From NCBI GenBank assembly GCA_041918615.1, contig JAYRVH010000007.1, forward strand, positions 71,426-135,425: DNA of 64,000 bases. The letters are read 5' to 3'. Below the pieces are notes generated by a model, which was given only the letters and a program-made list of their open reading frames with translations, had not been told where the DNA came from and ran no database searches. The DNA is from Acidimicrobiales bacterium (GTDB lineage Bacteria; Actinomycetota; Acidimicrobiia; Acidimicrobiales; DATDAH01). A program made the position numbers and the translations under genes. Each line of letters opens with the position of its first letter. The stretch's first letter is position 1. Of this stretch, positions 43,609-53,716 are shown in pieces.

Positions 43609-44489
43609 ACCCGGGCCACCTGCTGCTTGCCGAACAGGCCGCTGGGCTTGACCAGCAGGATCACCAGGATGATGACGAAGGCGGCCCCGTCACGGAGGTC
43701 GGTGCCGACGAAGCCGACGTAGGCGCCGAGCATCTCCTGCACCACACCGACGAGGAGACCGCCGACTACGGCACCCAGGGGGCTGTCGAGGCCGCCCAGG
43801 GTGGCGGCGGCGAACGAGAACACGAGCACCTGGATCATGAAGTTGGTGTCGAACTGTTGATTGCGGGCGGCGGTGAGGCAGCCGGCGAGCGCTCCGAGGG
43901 CGGCGGCGAGGCCCCAGCCGATCATGAGCATGCGACCGACCCGGATCCCGACCAGGCCGCTCGACTCGGTGTTGGAGGCCACCGCCCGCATGGCCAGGCC
44001 GAGCTTTGTCTTCTGGAAGAGGAGGAAGAGGAGGAAGGCGACGACGGCGAGTGCCCCGAGGCGGCCGAGCAGGTCGGCGTCGATGCTCACCCCTCCGACG
44101 CTGTAGGCCTCGTTGGGGAACGGGTTCGCGAACGTGCGCGCCTCGGTGCCCCAGATCCACTGCGCCAGGGCGTTGAGGGCCAGGAACATGCCGATGGTGA
44201 CGATCACGATGTTGAGCGGCGATCCACCCTCCACCGGACGGATGATGACCCGTTCGATGAGCGCCCCCCCGAGGAGCGACAGCAACATGGCGGCGAGGAT
44301 CGACACCCACACGTTGGCGCCGTTGTCCTGGAAGGTCCAGGCCACGAAGGTGGAGAACATGGCCATCTCGCCCTGGGCGAAGTTCAAGATCCCGGTGCTG
44401 CGGTAGATCAAGACGATGGCCAGGGCCAACAAGGCATAGATCGAGCCCCGACCCACCCCCACGATCAACCGTTCGAGAAAGAGTTCCAC
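43605..44489 (-). CDS. livH: branched-chain amino acid ABC permease LivH
   Basis: The GTG at 44489 has a GGAG RBS. The product begins VELFLERLIVGVGRGSIYALLALAIVLIYRSTGILNFAQGE. Confidence 0.85.
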   Translation of the reverse strand: MELFLERLIVGVGRGSIYALLALAIVLIYRSTGILNFAQGEMAMFSTFVAWTFQDNGANVWVSILAAMLLSLLGGALIERVIIRPVEGGSPLNIVIVTIGMFLALNALAQWIWGTEARTFANPFPNEAYSVGGVSIDADLLGRLGALAVVAFLLFLLFQKTKLGLAMRAVASNTESSGLVGIRVGRMLMIGWGLAAALGALAGCLTAARNQQFDTNFMIQVLVFSFAAATLGGLDSPLGAVVGGLLVGVVQEMLGAYVGFVGTDLRDGAAFVIILVILLVKPSGLFGKQQVARV

Positions 44490-44499
44490 TGGTCTGCTC

Positions 44500-45210
44500 C
44501 TAGTACCCGAGGTAGGCCTTGCGCACCGACTCGTCGCTGCGCATCTCGTCCGCGGTGCCGGTGGCCACGATCGTGCCGGCCTCGAGCACGTAGGCCCGCT
44601 GGGCGATGGCCAGGGCCAGGTTTGCGTTCTGTTCGACCACGAGCAGCGCGGTGCCGGTCCTGGCATTCAGCTCGCCCAGCTGCTCGAACAGCTCCTGGGT
44701 GACGATGGGGGCGAGGCCGAGCGAGGGCTCGTCGAGCAGCAGGAGCCGCGGTCGCGAGATCGCGGCGCGGGCGATGGCCAGCATCTGCTGCTCGCCCCCG
44801 CTCATGGAGCCGGCGGCCTGGGTCCTCCGCTCACCGAGGCGGGGAAAGGTCTGGTACCACCGCTCGATGTCGGCGTCGACCTCATTGTCCTTGCGGATGA
44901 AGGCCCCGAGGCGCAGGTTCTCCTCGACGGTGAGGTCGACGAAGGTGCCCCGGCCCTGGGGCACGTGGGCGAGCCCGCGACGAACGATGTCGTCCGGTCG
45001 CTTGCCCAGGATCGACTGGCCGTCCACGAGCACCGTGCCCTTGCCCTTGATCATGCCGGTGACCGCCCGGATGGTCGTGGTCTTGCCCGCGCCGTTGGCG
45101 CCGAGGATCACGACCACCTCGCCCTCGTCGACAGAGAAGTCGAGCCCGCGGAGCACCTGCACGAGCCCGTACCCGGCCTCGAGCCCGCGAGCCTCGAGCA
45201 GTGCCGTCAC
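44500..45210 (-). CDS. livF: ABC transporter ATP-binding protein LivF
   Basis: The GTG is at 45210. GANGAGKTTT, LSGGEQQML and LLLLDEP are present. Confidence 0.85.
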   Translation of the reverse strand: MTALLEARGLEAGYGLVQVLRGLDFSVDEGEVVVILGANGAGKTTTIRAVTGMIKGKGTVLVDGQSILGKRPDDIVRRGLAHVPQGRGTFVDLTVEENLRLGAFIRKDNEVDADIERWYQTFPRLGERRTQAAGSMSGGEQQMLAIARAAISRPRLLLLDEPSLGLAPIVTQELFEQLGELNARTGTALLVVEQNANLALAIAQRAYVLEAGTIVATGTADEMRSDESVRKAYLGY

Positions 45211-45974
45211 TAGGCGGCGCTCCCGAGGTAGGCCTCGATCACCTTGGGGTTGTCCTTGATGTCCTGGGGAACCCCCTCGGCGATCTTGCTGCCGTAGTCG
45301 AGCACCACGATCCACTCGGAGATGCTCATCACCATGGCCATGTGGTGCTCGACCAACAGGATGGTCAGGCCGAACTCGTCCCGGAGGCGCTGCACCAACT
45401 CGGCCAGTTCGTCCACCTCGGCGTGGGTGAGCCCGGTGGCGGGCTCGTCGAGCATCAACAACTTCGGGTCGGAGACGAGCGCACGGGCCAACTCGATGCG
45501 CTTGAGGGTGCCGTAGGGCAGGCCCGCAGCGGGCGAGTGGGCGAAGCGGGCGAGATCCAGGCGCTCGAGGATGGCGTAGGCCTTCTCGGCCTCGTCACGC
45601 TCCTCGCGGATCGCACCGGGCAGCCGGAACGCAGCGGTGAAAAAGTTGGCGCGGGTGGCCGAGTGACCGCCGATGATCACGTTCTCGAGCACGGACAGCG
45701 ACGGCACCAACGCCAGGTTCTGGAACGTGCGGGCGATGCCGTTGGCCGCGATGGCGTGCGCGGGGACCGACAGCAGGTCCTTGCCGTCGTAGCCGATCGT
45801 TCCCTCGGTCGGCTGGTACAGCCGGCTCACACAGTTGAACAACGTGGTCTTGCCCGCACCGTTGGGGCCGATGAGCGCGCAGATCTTGGCGGGCTCGAGG
45901 GCGAAGCTCAGGCGATTGAGGGCAACGACACCACCGAAGCGCACGCTCACGTCCTCGACCTCGAGCAGTGCCAT
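45210..45974 (-). CDS. livG: ABC transporter ATP-binding protein LivG
   Basis: GPNGAGKTTLFN, LPYGTLKRIELARAL and LLMLDEP are present. Confidence 0.9.
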   Translation of the reverse strand: MALLEVEDVSVRFGGVVALNRLSFALEPAKICALIGPNGAGKTTLFNCVSRLYQPTEGTIGYDGKDLLSVPAHAIAANGIARTFQNLALVPSLSVLENVIIGGHSATRANFFTAAFRLPGAIREERDEAEKAYAILERLDLARFAHSPAAGLPYGTLKRIELARALVSDPKLLMLDEPATGLTHAEVDELAELVQRLRDEFGLTILLVEHHMAMVMSISEWIVVLDYGSKIAEGVPQDIKDNPKVIEAYLGSAA

Positions 45975-46064
45975 CGATCACGCCCCCCTCGACGCCTTCT
46001 CCCACACCCAACGAACGGACCGCACACTAGTGGCTGCCGAGCACGCCGTCAGCGCCCCGAGGGT

Positions 46065-47075
46065 TCAGCGCCGCGAATGGTCGTCCATGAACATCACCTT
46101 GAGGGCCTCGTAGGACTCGATGCAGCGCCCGGCACCCAAGGCCACGCACTCGAGCGGCAGGTCGACGAGTCGCACCTGGACGTCGGTCTCCTCGGTGAGT
46201 CGTCGGTCGAGCCCCTTGAGCATTCCGCCGCCGCCCACGAGGTGGATGCCCTGGACGATGAGGTCCTGGGCAAGCTCGGGAGGCGCGTCGCCCAGGCAGG
46301 CCACCACCGAGTCGATGATGGCGCTCACCGGCTCTTCGATGGCCGCCCGCACCTCTTCGGGGGAGAGGATCACCGTCTTCGGGAGTCCGCTCATCAGCTC
46401 ACGGCCCCGCACCTCGGCCTTGAACTCGTCGGGGGTCGGATACGCCGAACCCATGGTGATCTTGATCTTCTCGGCCGTCTGCTCGCCGATCGCGATCCCG
46501 TACTCGCGGCGGATGTACTGGGTGATCGCGGCATCGATGTCGAAGGACCCGACTCGTACGGCCTGCAACGCGACGACCCCGCCGAGCGAGAGGATCGCCG
46601 ACTCGGAGGTACCCCCGCCGATGTCGATGACCATGCTGCCGATGGGCTCGTTGATGGGCAGGCCGGCGCCGATGGCCGCCGCCATCGGCTGCTCAATGAG
46701 CTGGGCCTCGGCGGCCCCCGCCCGACGCGCCGCCTCGGTGACGGCCCGCCGCTCCACCGCGGTGATGGCCGAAGGTACGCAGATCACCACGCGGGGCCGG
46801 TTGAAGCGGTTGACCCCCACCCGCTGCAGCACCAGGCGGATCATGCGCTGGGTGATGTCGAAATCGGTGATGGCGCCCTGACGGAGGGGCCGAACGGCCA
46901 CGATGTGGCTGGGGGTGCGGCCGATCATCTGCCACGCGTCGTAGCCGACGGCGAGGACTTCCTGGCTCTGGTTGTTGAGCGCGATGACCGACGGCTCGTT
47001 GAGGACGATGCCCTGCCCGCGGGCGTAGACGAGGGTGTTCGCCGTCCCCAGGTCGATCGCCAGGTCGCGTGCCAG
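46065..47075 (-). CDS. mreB: rod-shape protein MreB (actin-like ATPase)
   Basis: DLAIDLGTANTLVY, MIGRTP, VICVPSAIT and VIDIGGGTSE are present. The ORF track starts at the internal ATG 46928. The conserved N-terminus continues in frame up to a CTG at 47075, with no ATG, GTG or TTG available. Confidence 0.8.
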   Translation of the reverse strand: MARDLAIDLGTANTLVYARGQGIVLNEPSVIALNNQSQEVLAVGYDAWQMIGRTPSHIVAVRPLRQGAITDFDITQRMIRLVLQRVGVNRFNRPRVVICVPSAITAVERRAVTEAARRAGAAEAQLIEQPMAAAIGAGLPINEPIGSMVIDIGGGTSESAILSLGGVVALQAVRVGSFDIDAAITQYIRREYGIAIGEQTAEKIKITMGSAYPTPDEFKAEVRGRELMSGLPKTVILSPEEVRAAIEEPVSAIIDSVVACLGDAPPELAQDLIVQGIHLVGGGGMLKGLDRRLTEETDVQVRLVDLPLECVALGAGRCIESYEALKVMFMDDHSRR

Positions 47076-47080
47076 GAGGA

Positions 47081-47296
47081 CTACCGCCTGGTGCCCGGGG
47101 CGCCGGACCCAGGCGGGCCGGCAGGCCCAGGCGGGTCGTCGGCATCCGACTGGTCAGGGGCGATGGCCCGCATCTGCCGGGTGAACGAGTCCACCCCGTG
47201 CGACACGCCGGTCGGTCCGCGGTGACGGGCCAACACGACGAAGATGCCGATGCCACTCAGGACGATGGCGATGAGGAGGAACAGCAGGTTTCCCAC
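47081..47296 (-). CDS. small membrane protein
   Basis: A 71-aa ORF with one TM helix (LLFLLIAIVLSGIGIFVVL) and a Pro/Gly-rich tail. Confidence 0.45.
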   Translation of the reverse strand: MGNLLFLLIAIVLSGIGIFVVLARHRGPTGVSHGVDSFTRQMRAIAPDQSDADDPPGPAGPPGSGAPGTRR

Positions 47297-47306
47297 GGGG
47301 ATTCTC

Positions 47307-47912
47307 TCAGCCGGCGGATTCGGGTATCGGTCGCGATGTGGCGGTGCGGGCCGCAGTCATCTCGGCGATCGGCACGGCGCCCTGGCCCCAGTCGTCGCCG
47401 TCGTCCCACCGCTCCCGCTTCCAGATGGGAACGGTGGCTTTCAGGCGGTCGATGGCGAAACGGGCCGCGGCGAAGGCCTCTTCACGATGTGCTGATGACG
47501 CCACGACCACCACGGACGACTCGCCGACGGCCACTGGACCGACCCGGTGGAGCAACACCAGGCGGCCGACGTCCCAGCGGGCCCTCGCCTCGACGGCGAT
47601 GGCGGCCATTCGGGGGACCACCTGCTCTTCGTAGGCCTCGTAGACGAGCCCGGTCACACCGATGCGTCCCTCGGCGTGGTCCCGCGCGGTGCCGCTGAAG
47701 GTGACCACCGCGCCACAGTCGGGGCGTACGGCCCAGTCTGCGGCGCGTCCGACGGGCAGGGGGCCGGCCGCGATCGCGACCCAGTCGTCCGCATCCCCGC
47801 CGGGTTCGTAGACCTGGTGACCCACGCCTCCTCCGGGAACGGCCGACGGAGCGCCGCGCGAGGCGGTCGACGTCGCTCCGCTCCACTGCACGGCCTCGGG
47901 CACACATCCCAT
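47307..47912 (-). CDS. moaE: molybdopterin synthase catalytic subunit MoaE
   Basis: GAVVTFSGTARDH, LVYEAYEE, VVVVASSAHREEAF and LKATVPIWKRE are present. The start is uncertain. Confidence 0.75.
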   Translation of the reverse strand: MGCVPEAVQWSGATSTASRGAPSAVPGGGVGHQVYEPGGDADDWVAIAAGPLPVGRAADWAVRPDCGAVVTFSGTARDHAEGRIGVTGLVYEAYEEQVVPRMAAIAVEARARWDVGRLVLLHRVGPVAVGESSVVVVASSAHREEAFAAARFAIDRLKATVPIWKRERWDDGDDWGQGAVPIAEMTAARTATSRPIPESAG

Positions 47913-47984
47913 GCTAGAGCGCCCGATCGGCCGCCGAGCGTTTGCCGCGGTCCCTCGGCGTCCGGCCGTCGATAATCTCGCCCC

Positions 47985-49244
47985 ATGCTGCCGCCGGGAG
48001 AGCCCGAAGACGACGGGAACGATTTCGGCCCGCCGCTCCCGCCGGACGACCGCCTCTGGCGCCATCCGTCCGAGTTCGGCCCGGGCGGCCCGGGTGGCCT
48101 GACACCTCAGGCCACAACGTCACGGCGGGACAGACAGCGGGGCACGCCCTGGTTCGCCGGCGTCGTCGCCGGACTGACCGGCGCCGCAGCCGCACTGGCC
48201 GTCGTGGCCGTCGTGGGCGGGTTCGACGACCGGGTCGTCGAGCGCGACGTCGTCGAGCGGGTCGCCGCCGCCCCCGCGGTCACGCTGCCCATCGGAACAA
48301 CCGGTGATTCGGCACCTGGCGGTGGTGTGGCAGCGCTCGCCGGCATGGTCGCGCCCGCGATCGCCCGCCTCGAGGTCGAGCGACCTGCCCCCGACCAGGC
48401 CGGCGGCAGGCTCACGGTTGCCGGCTCCGCGGTGGTGTTCCGCGACAACGGGTACCTCCTCACCACCGCCGACCTGATGGCGGACAGCGCGTCGGTGAGC
48501 GTGATCCTTGCGGGAGGCGACCTCCATGATGGCGAGGTCGTTGGCACCGACTCCGTCACCAACGTGGCGGTGGTCAAGATCGACGCCGAACAGCTTCCCA
48601 CCGCGGTCCTCGGCTCCGTCGACGGCCTCTTGGTGGGCGGGCCGATCGTGACGATCGGCTCCCCCGCCACACCGAGCGGCGGGCCCGAGGTGACCGCGGG
48701 CATCGTGAGCGCGCTCGGGAGCACGATCACCGCGACGGAATCCGACATCCCAGCGCGCCACGACCTGATCGAGACCGACGCCCCGCTCGCGCCCCGCTCG
48801 TCGGGTGGTGCCCTGCTCGACCGACGTGGGAGCGTGATCGGGATCACCATGGCGCTCCCCGACGGAAAGCGGGAAGGCGGCCTGAGCTTCGCCATCCCGA
48901 TCGACACCGCCCGCTCGGTGGCCGACGAGATCATCGAGACCGGGGCGGCCCATCACCCGTGGCTCGGGATCGAAGGGTCCGACGTCGTCGCCACTGCCGC
49001 CGCCGACCTCCACCTCGACGGCGGGGCGAGGGTGGCGACGGTCACCGAGGGAAGCCCGGCCGAGCGTGCGGGCCTGACGGTCGACGACGTGATCACGTCG
49101 GTCGGCGACCTTCCCGTCACCTCGATGGCCGGTCTCGTGGTGGAGCTCCGACGCCACGACCCGGGCGAGACCGTCACCATCTCCTTCCTCCGAGACGGCG
49201 AGCCCGGCTCCTGCACCCCGACCCTCGAGGAGCGGCAGGCCTGA
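47985..49244 (+). CDS. HtrA-like S1C serine protease with a PDZ domain
   Basis: It has a TM anchor, a trypsin-like core (TDAPLAPRSSGGALLD) and a C-terminal PDZ domain (PWLGIEG...GSPAERAGLTVDDVITSVG). Confidence 0.85.
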   Translation: MLPPGEPEDDGNDFGPPLPPDDRLWRHPSEFGPGGPGGLTPQATTSRRDRQRGTPWFAGVVAGLTGAAAALAVVAVVGGFDDRVVERDVVERVAAAPAVTLPIGTTGDSAPGGGVAALAGMVAPAIARLEVERPAPDQAGGRLTVAGSAVVFRDNGYLLTTADLMADSASVSVILAGGDLHDGEVVGTDSVTNVAVVKIDAEQLPTAVLGSVDGLLVGGPIVTIGSPATPSGGPEVTAGIVSALGSTITATESDIPARHDLIETDAPLAPRSSGGALLDRRGSVIGITMALPDGKREGGLSFAIPIDTARSVADEIIETGAAHHPWLGIEGSDVVATAAADLHLDGGARVATVTEGSPAERAGLTVDDVITSVGDLPVTSMAGLVVELRRHDPGETVTISFLRDGEPGSCTPTLEERQA

Positions 49245-49364
49245 TCTCGACACCGGGTCCTCCCGCGCCGCGTGTGGACGCCCGGCGTGCCGCCGGCCCG
49301 GTGCGGTCACCTGCTCCACTTCGGAGCGCCGCGTGCTCGTTCCGGCCCCCGCCGGGTGGCAGGG

Positions 49365-50381
49365 TCAGGTGCGGCGCTTGAGGTGGTGCCTCACCACCAG
49401 CAGGGCGGTGGCAACGACGCCGAGCACGCCGGCGCCCACGACGCCCAGGGCGACCTCCTGGCGACGGCGGCCGCTGAGCGCCGCCCACCCGGTGGGGCGG
49501 TGGCTCGACACGTAGGCCTCTTCGTTGGTGTTCTGCGGCGCCCAACCCTCGGCGCGGAGGCGGTCGTTGGCGACGACCCACGAGTTGGCGAGGTAGGCGA
49601 CCACGCCGGGCGGGGTGGGCGTGAGCCCGAACTTCCACCGCCAGGCGGCCACACGCGTCACGACCCGTTCGGGCAGGCGGACATTGGGGCCGCGCCCCGC
49701 CAGCGCACGTAGATCGTCGGCCTTGATCCAGCCCTCGGGGGCGACGTTGTACGGGCCACGGAGCTCGCGCCGGCGGGCCAGGTCGACCGCGGCGGCCAGG
49801 TCATCGAGGTGCACGAACTGGCTCGGCGCCTGCCCGTCGCCGGGGCGCAACCCGCTGCCACTCCAGAGTGACTGGGCCAGCCACGCCGTGCGCTCCTCGG
49901 CGACCGCGATGGTGGGCCGGAGCACCGCGACCGAAGCGGCGGGATGCGATTCGGACCATTCGTGGGCGAGGCGCTCGACCTCGGCCTTGTGCGTCGCGTA
50001 CGAGAGGCTCGGGTTGGGGCGGATCGGCGCCTCCTCGGTGAGCGGCACCGGGTTGTTCGGCCACGCGCCGTACACCGTCGCGCTCGACAGGACCACCAGG
50101 TGACGCACGCCGACCGACCCCGCCGCCTCGAAGAGGTGACGGGTGCCCTCCACGTCGACCCCACCCGCGCCCGTGCCGTCCAGCTCGGCACCATCGGTGC
50201 TCCCCAGGTGCACGAGCACCTGGGCGCCGTCCATGGCCGCCTTCAGCGCCGCGACGGGATGCTCGGAGCAACTCGAGAGGTCGATGGTGACCACCCCCGT
50301 GACCTCGGGATCAGCATCGAGAAGCGACCTCACCCGGCGGCCCAACGCGCTCTCGGCCCCGGTGAGGACAACCGTGGTCAT
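49365..50381 (-). CDS. NAD-dependent epimerase/dehydratase-family protein with a C-terminal TM segment
   Basis: The ATG at 50381 gives MTTVVLTGAESALGRRV. The SSATVYG and YATHK (YxxxK) motifs are present. Confidence 0.75.
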   Translation of the reverse strand: MTTVVLTGAESALGRRVRSLLDADPEVTGVVTIDLSSCSEHPVAALKAAMDGAQVLVHLGSTDGAELDGTGAGGVDVEGTRHLFEAAGSVGVRHLVVLSSATVYGAWPNNPVPLTEEAPIRPNPSLSYATHKAEVERLAHEWSESHPAASVAVLRPTIAVAEERTAWLAQSLWSGSGLRPGDGQAPSQFVHLDDLAAAVDLARRRELRGPYNVAPEGWIKADDLRALAGRGPNVRLPERVVTRVAAWRWKFGLTPTPPGVVAYLANSWVVANDRLRAEGWAPQNTNEEAYVSSHRPTGWAALSGRRRQEVALGVVGAGVLGVVATALLVVRHHLKRRT

Positions 50382-50398
50382 GTGTCTACGATGCCCGT

Positions 50399-51601
50399 GT
50401 GAGCGATCCGGGTCCACTCGGCGACGATCCCTTCAAGGGCATGCCCTTCCTGGGCGACCTCGCCCGGATGCTCCAGCAGCAGGGCGCCGTGAGCTGGGAC
50501 GCTGCCGGACAACTGGCGCTGTCGATCGCCGCCGGCGGACAGTCCGAGCCCAACGTCGAGCCGCTCGAGCGCATCAAACTCGAGCAATTGGCGCGCGTCG
50601 CCGAGCTGCAGATCGCCAACGCGACGGGGCTCAATCCGTCGCCCACCGGTCGCGGGGTCACCGTGCTCCCCGTCACCCGATCGCAGTGGGTCCAGCGCAG
50701 CCTCGAGGCCTACCGGCCGTTGTTCGAGCGCCTCGCCGGCTCGCTGACCGAGCCCCCGTCCGCTGAGGAAGACCCCGCCGACCCGCTCGCCGTCGGCGAC
50801 CCCACCGGCGCCTGGCTCGGGGGCCTCATGGCCATGATCGGCCCGATGATGCTGGGGATGACGGCGGGGTCGATGCTCGGCCACCTCTCGCGGCGGTCCT
50901 TCGGGCAGTACGACCTTCCCGTGCCCCGACCTGCCGGCGACGAGTTGCTACTCGTCGTCGCCAACCTCGCCGAGTTCGGCACCGAGTGGAGCCTCCCCGA
51001 AGACGATCTGCGGCTGTGGGTCTGCCTTCACGAGATCGCGCACCATGCCGTCGTGAGCGTGCCCCACGTCCGCACCCGACTCGAGTCTCAGCTCTACGCC
51101 TACGTCGACGGCTTCGACCCGGACCCCACCGCGCTCGAGTCGAAGCTCGGCGACCTCGACCCCACGAGCGGTGACGCCCTCGCGCACTTCCAGAGCGTGA
51201 TGGGCGACCCCGAGGCGCTGCTCGGCGCGGTCCGGTCGCCGGCGCAACACGAGCTCCTCCCCCACCTCGAGGCCCTCGTGGCGGTGATCGTCGGCTACGT
51301 CGACCATGTGATGGACCAGGTCGGCACCACACTCATCGGATCCTACGACATGCTCACCGAGGCGCTCCGCCGACGACGGGTCACCGCCGACGAGTCGAAC
51401 CGCTTCGTCGAGCGCCTGCTCGGCCTCGAGATGAGCCAGGCCCAGTACGAGCGGGGCGCGGCCTTCGTGGCCGGCGTGGTCGAGCGGGCGGGGGTCCAGG
51501 GGCTCGAGCGGCTCTGGCACGACGAGCGCGGCCTGCCCACGCCGGCGGAGGTCGATGCGCCCGGCCTCTGGCTCGCCCGGATCGACCTGCCCCAGGACTG
51601 A
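50399..51601 (+). CDS. zinc-dependent metalloprotease (DUF2342-type)
   Basis: An HEIAHH zinc motif is present. The N-terminus FKGMPFLGDLARMLQQQG is typical of this actinobacterial family. Confidence 0.7.
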   Translation: MSDPGPLGDDPFKGMPFLGDLARMLQQQGAVSWDAAGQLALSIAAGGQSEPNVEPLERIKLEQLARVAELQIANATGLNPSPTGRGVTVLPVTRSQWVQRSLEAYRPLFERLAGSLTEPPSAEEDPADPLAVGDPTGAWLGGLMAMIGPMMLGMTAGSMLGHLSRRSFGQYDLPVPRPAGDELLLVVANLAEFGTEWSLPEDDLRLWVCLHEIAHHAVVSVPHVRTRLESQLYAYVDGFDPDPTALESKLGDLDPTSGDALAHFQSVMGDPEALLGAVRSPAQHELLPHLEALVAVIVGYVDHVMDQVGTTLIGSYDMLTEALRRRRVTADESNRFVERLLGLEMSQAQYERGAAFVAGVVERAGVQGLERLWHDERGLPTPAEVDAPGLWLARIDLPQD

Positions 51602-51626
51602 CCCCGACCGACCGCCGTTGCGTCGC

Positions 51627-52991
51627 TCACGGGTTCTCGGGCTTCGCTTCGGCCCTGGCCTTGCGGACGGCGCGGTGATGGCCGATCGCTCCCCGAACCG
51701 ACGACAGCACCGAGGCCGGCGGCTGGGGCTCGCGCCCCCGACGTGACGCCGGGCGGCTGGCCTGCTCGCGGGCCGCGCGCCGACCGACGAGGTAGGACGC
51801 GGCCGCGAACGCCGATACGACGGCCACCATCAGCAGGCCCAGCTGCGCAGGAATCGGCAGGAGCACCGGGATGAACGCGCCCAACACCCAGATGATCTGG
51901 AACTTGGTCTCGAACCGGGCGAAGGTGCGTCCCCGGTTGGCGTCGGGAGCGTCGCGCTGCACGATCGAGTCGAAGGCCAGCTTGGCCGTGCCCGCGGCGA
52001 GGCCGACGGCCAGGGCGATGACCGCGTAGCCCGTCAACCCGCCCGCCCACGCCGCCAGGAGGGCCACGACGACCGTGAACCCCAGCGAACCGATCAACAT
52101 GTCCTCTTCGACGGTGGTCTGACGGATGCGCGGAGCGAGCCCCGCGCCGATGAGCCCGCCCACGGCACTGGCGGCGACGATCACGCCGAAGTGCCAGGTG
52201 GGATCGTCGTGGCGACGGAGCTCGAAGGCCAACAGGAACGCAAGGAAGCCCACCACGCCTCGCAGCAGGCCCATGGCCCCGGCTGCCAGTTGGATGCCGG
52301 TGCTGTGCAGCTCGCTGCGCTCGGCCTCGTTGACCGGCTCGACCGCGATCGGCGTGGCCGGGAGGCGCGTGGCTGCCAGGGCCGCCACGGTGAAGACCAT
52401 CGCTGCCAGTCCGATGACCCATTCGGACCCCCCGAGCTTCAGGAGGATCAGCCCCGGCACGACCGCCGCGATGCCGGCGAGGCCCGAGATGAGCGAGAGC
52501 TTCGAGTTGGCCTCGACGAGCTCGGCGTCGGTGCGGACGGTGGTGGGCACGATGGCGCTCTTGGCCACCTGGTAGCCCTTGCCGAGCACGAGGATGGCGA
52601 AGGCCTCGGGGAACAACAGCAGGCTGTCGAGGTCGCCGACCATGAAGATGCAGATGACCACGCGCAGGCCGGCGGAGCCGACCACCATCCATTTCCGGCC
52701 ACTCTTGGCCCGGTCGATCGCCGGGCCTATGAGCGGTGAGACCACGGCGAAGGGGGCCATGGTCAGCACCAGGTAGAGCGCCACCTTCCAGCGGGCCTGG
52801 GTGGGGTCGATGCTGAAGAACAGCGAGTTGGCCAGCGCCACGGCGATGAGGGCGTCGCCGGCCACCGAGAACGCGTGGACGCGGGCGAGCCGGGCGAACG
52901 GTGAGCTGATGAACGCCTCGTGGGGATGGTCGGGGTGAGGCTTGCGCATCGGCCGCCACCCGGTGCCACCGGGGTTGGTCGGGGCGCTCAC
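51627..52991 (-). CDS. MFS transporter
   Basis: A polytopic profile of about 12 TM helices, 454 aa. Confidence 0.75.
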   Translation of the reverse strand: MSAPTNPGGTGWRPMRKPHPDHPHEAFISSPFARLARVHAFSVAGDALIAVALANSLFFSIDPTQARWKVALYLVLTMAPFAVVSPLIGPAIDRAKSGRKWMVVGSAGLRVVICIFMVGDLDSLLLFPEAFAILVLGKGYQVAKSAIVPTTVRTDAELVEANSKLSLISGLAGIAAVVPGLILLKLGGSEWVIGLAAMVFTVAALAATRLPATPIAVEPVNEAERSELHSTGIQLAAGAMGLLRGVVGFLAFLLAFELRRHDDPTWHFGVIVAASAVGGLIGAGLAPRIRQTTVEEDMLIGSLGFTVVVALLAAWAGGLTGYAVIALAVGLAAGTAKLAFDSIVQRDAPDANRGRTFARFETKFQIIWVLGAFIPVLLPIPAQLGLLMVAVVSAFAAASYLVGRRAAREQASRPASRRGREPQPPASVLSSVRGAIGHHRAVRKARAEAKPENP

Positions 52992-53011
52992 CGAACCAAG
53001 CGTAGAGGGGA

Positions 53012-53716
53012 CTAGGTGGACGCGTACTTGTAGCCGAGGCCCCGGATCGTGACGATGTGGGTGGGTTGCGAGGGGTCGTCCTCGACCTTGGCCCGCAACC
53101 GCTTCACGTGCACGTCGAGGGTCTTGGTGTCGCCCACGTAGTCGTGGCCCCAGATGCGGTCGATCAGGACGTCGCGGGTGAGCACCCGACCGGCGTTCTC
53201 GAGGAGCAGGGTGAGCAACTCGAACTCCTTGAGGGGCAGGCTGACCGCATCACCCCGGATCGTCACCTCGTGGCGTTCGGGGTCCACACTCACGTCGCCG
53301 ACCACCAGCACCTCACCGTCGCCGGCATCGGTGAGTGTCTGCATGGGCGCCCGGCGCAGCACGGCCCGCATACGGGCCACCAACTCGCGCAGCCGGTAGG
53401 GCTTGGTGACGTAGTCGTCAGCGCCCACCTCCAGGCCCACCACGGTGTCGATCTCGGCACCCTTGGCGGTGACCATGATGATCGGCACCTTGGACTTCGA
53501 CCGAAGCTCGCGGCAGACGTCGAGGCCGGACACCTTCGGCAGCATCACGTCGAGCAGCACCAGGTCGGGCTGGACCGCGTCGAAGACGTCGAGCGCCTCG
53601 GCCCCGTCGCGGGCGATCTGCACCCGGAATCCCTCGCGCTTGAGCCCCACGGTCAACGCATCGACGAACGAATCCTCGTCCTCCACGACGAGCACGGTGA
53701 CTTCGGAACTGGCCAT
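53012..53716 (-). CDS. regX3: OmpR/PhoB-family response regulator (RegX3-like)
   Basis: VLVVEDEDSF...LVLLDVMLPKVSGLDVCR...IIMVTAK is the receiver domain. A winged-helix output domain follows. It is paired with the upstream kinase and sits in a phosphate-gene neighbourhood. Confidence 0.85.
   Translation of the reverse strand: MASSEVTVLVVEDEDSFVDALTVGLKREGFRVQIARDGAEALDVFDAVQPDLVLLDVMLPKVSGLDVCRELRSKSKVPIIMVTAKGAEIDTVVGLEVGADDYVTKPYRLRELVARMRAVLRRAPMQTLTDAGDGEVLVVGDVSVDPERHEVTIRGDAVSLPLKEFELLTLLLENAGRVLTRDVLIDRIWGHDYVGDTKTLDVHVKRLRAKVEDDPSQPTHIVTIRGLGYKYAST

Noticed and set aside
45201-47225. 674-aa ORF on the plus strand
   Set aside because: It is antisense to livG and mreB, which both carry clear Walker and actin-fold motifs. 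It is a shadow ORF.
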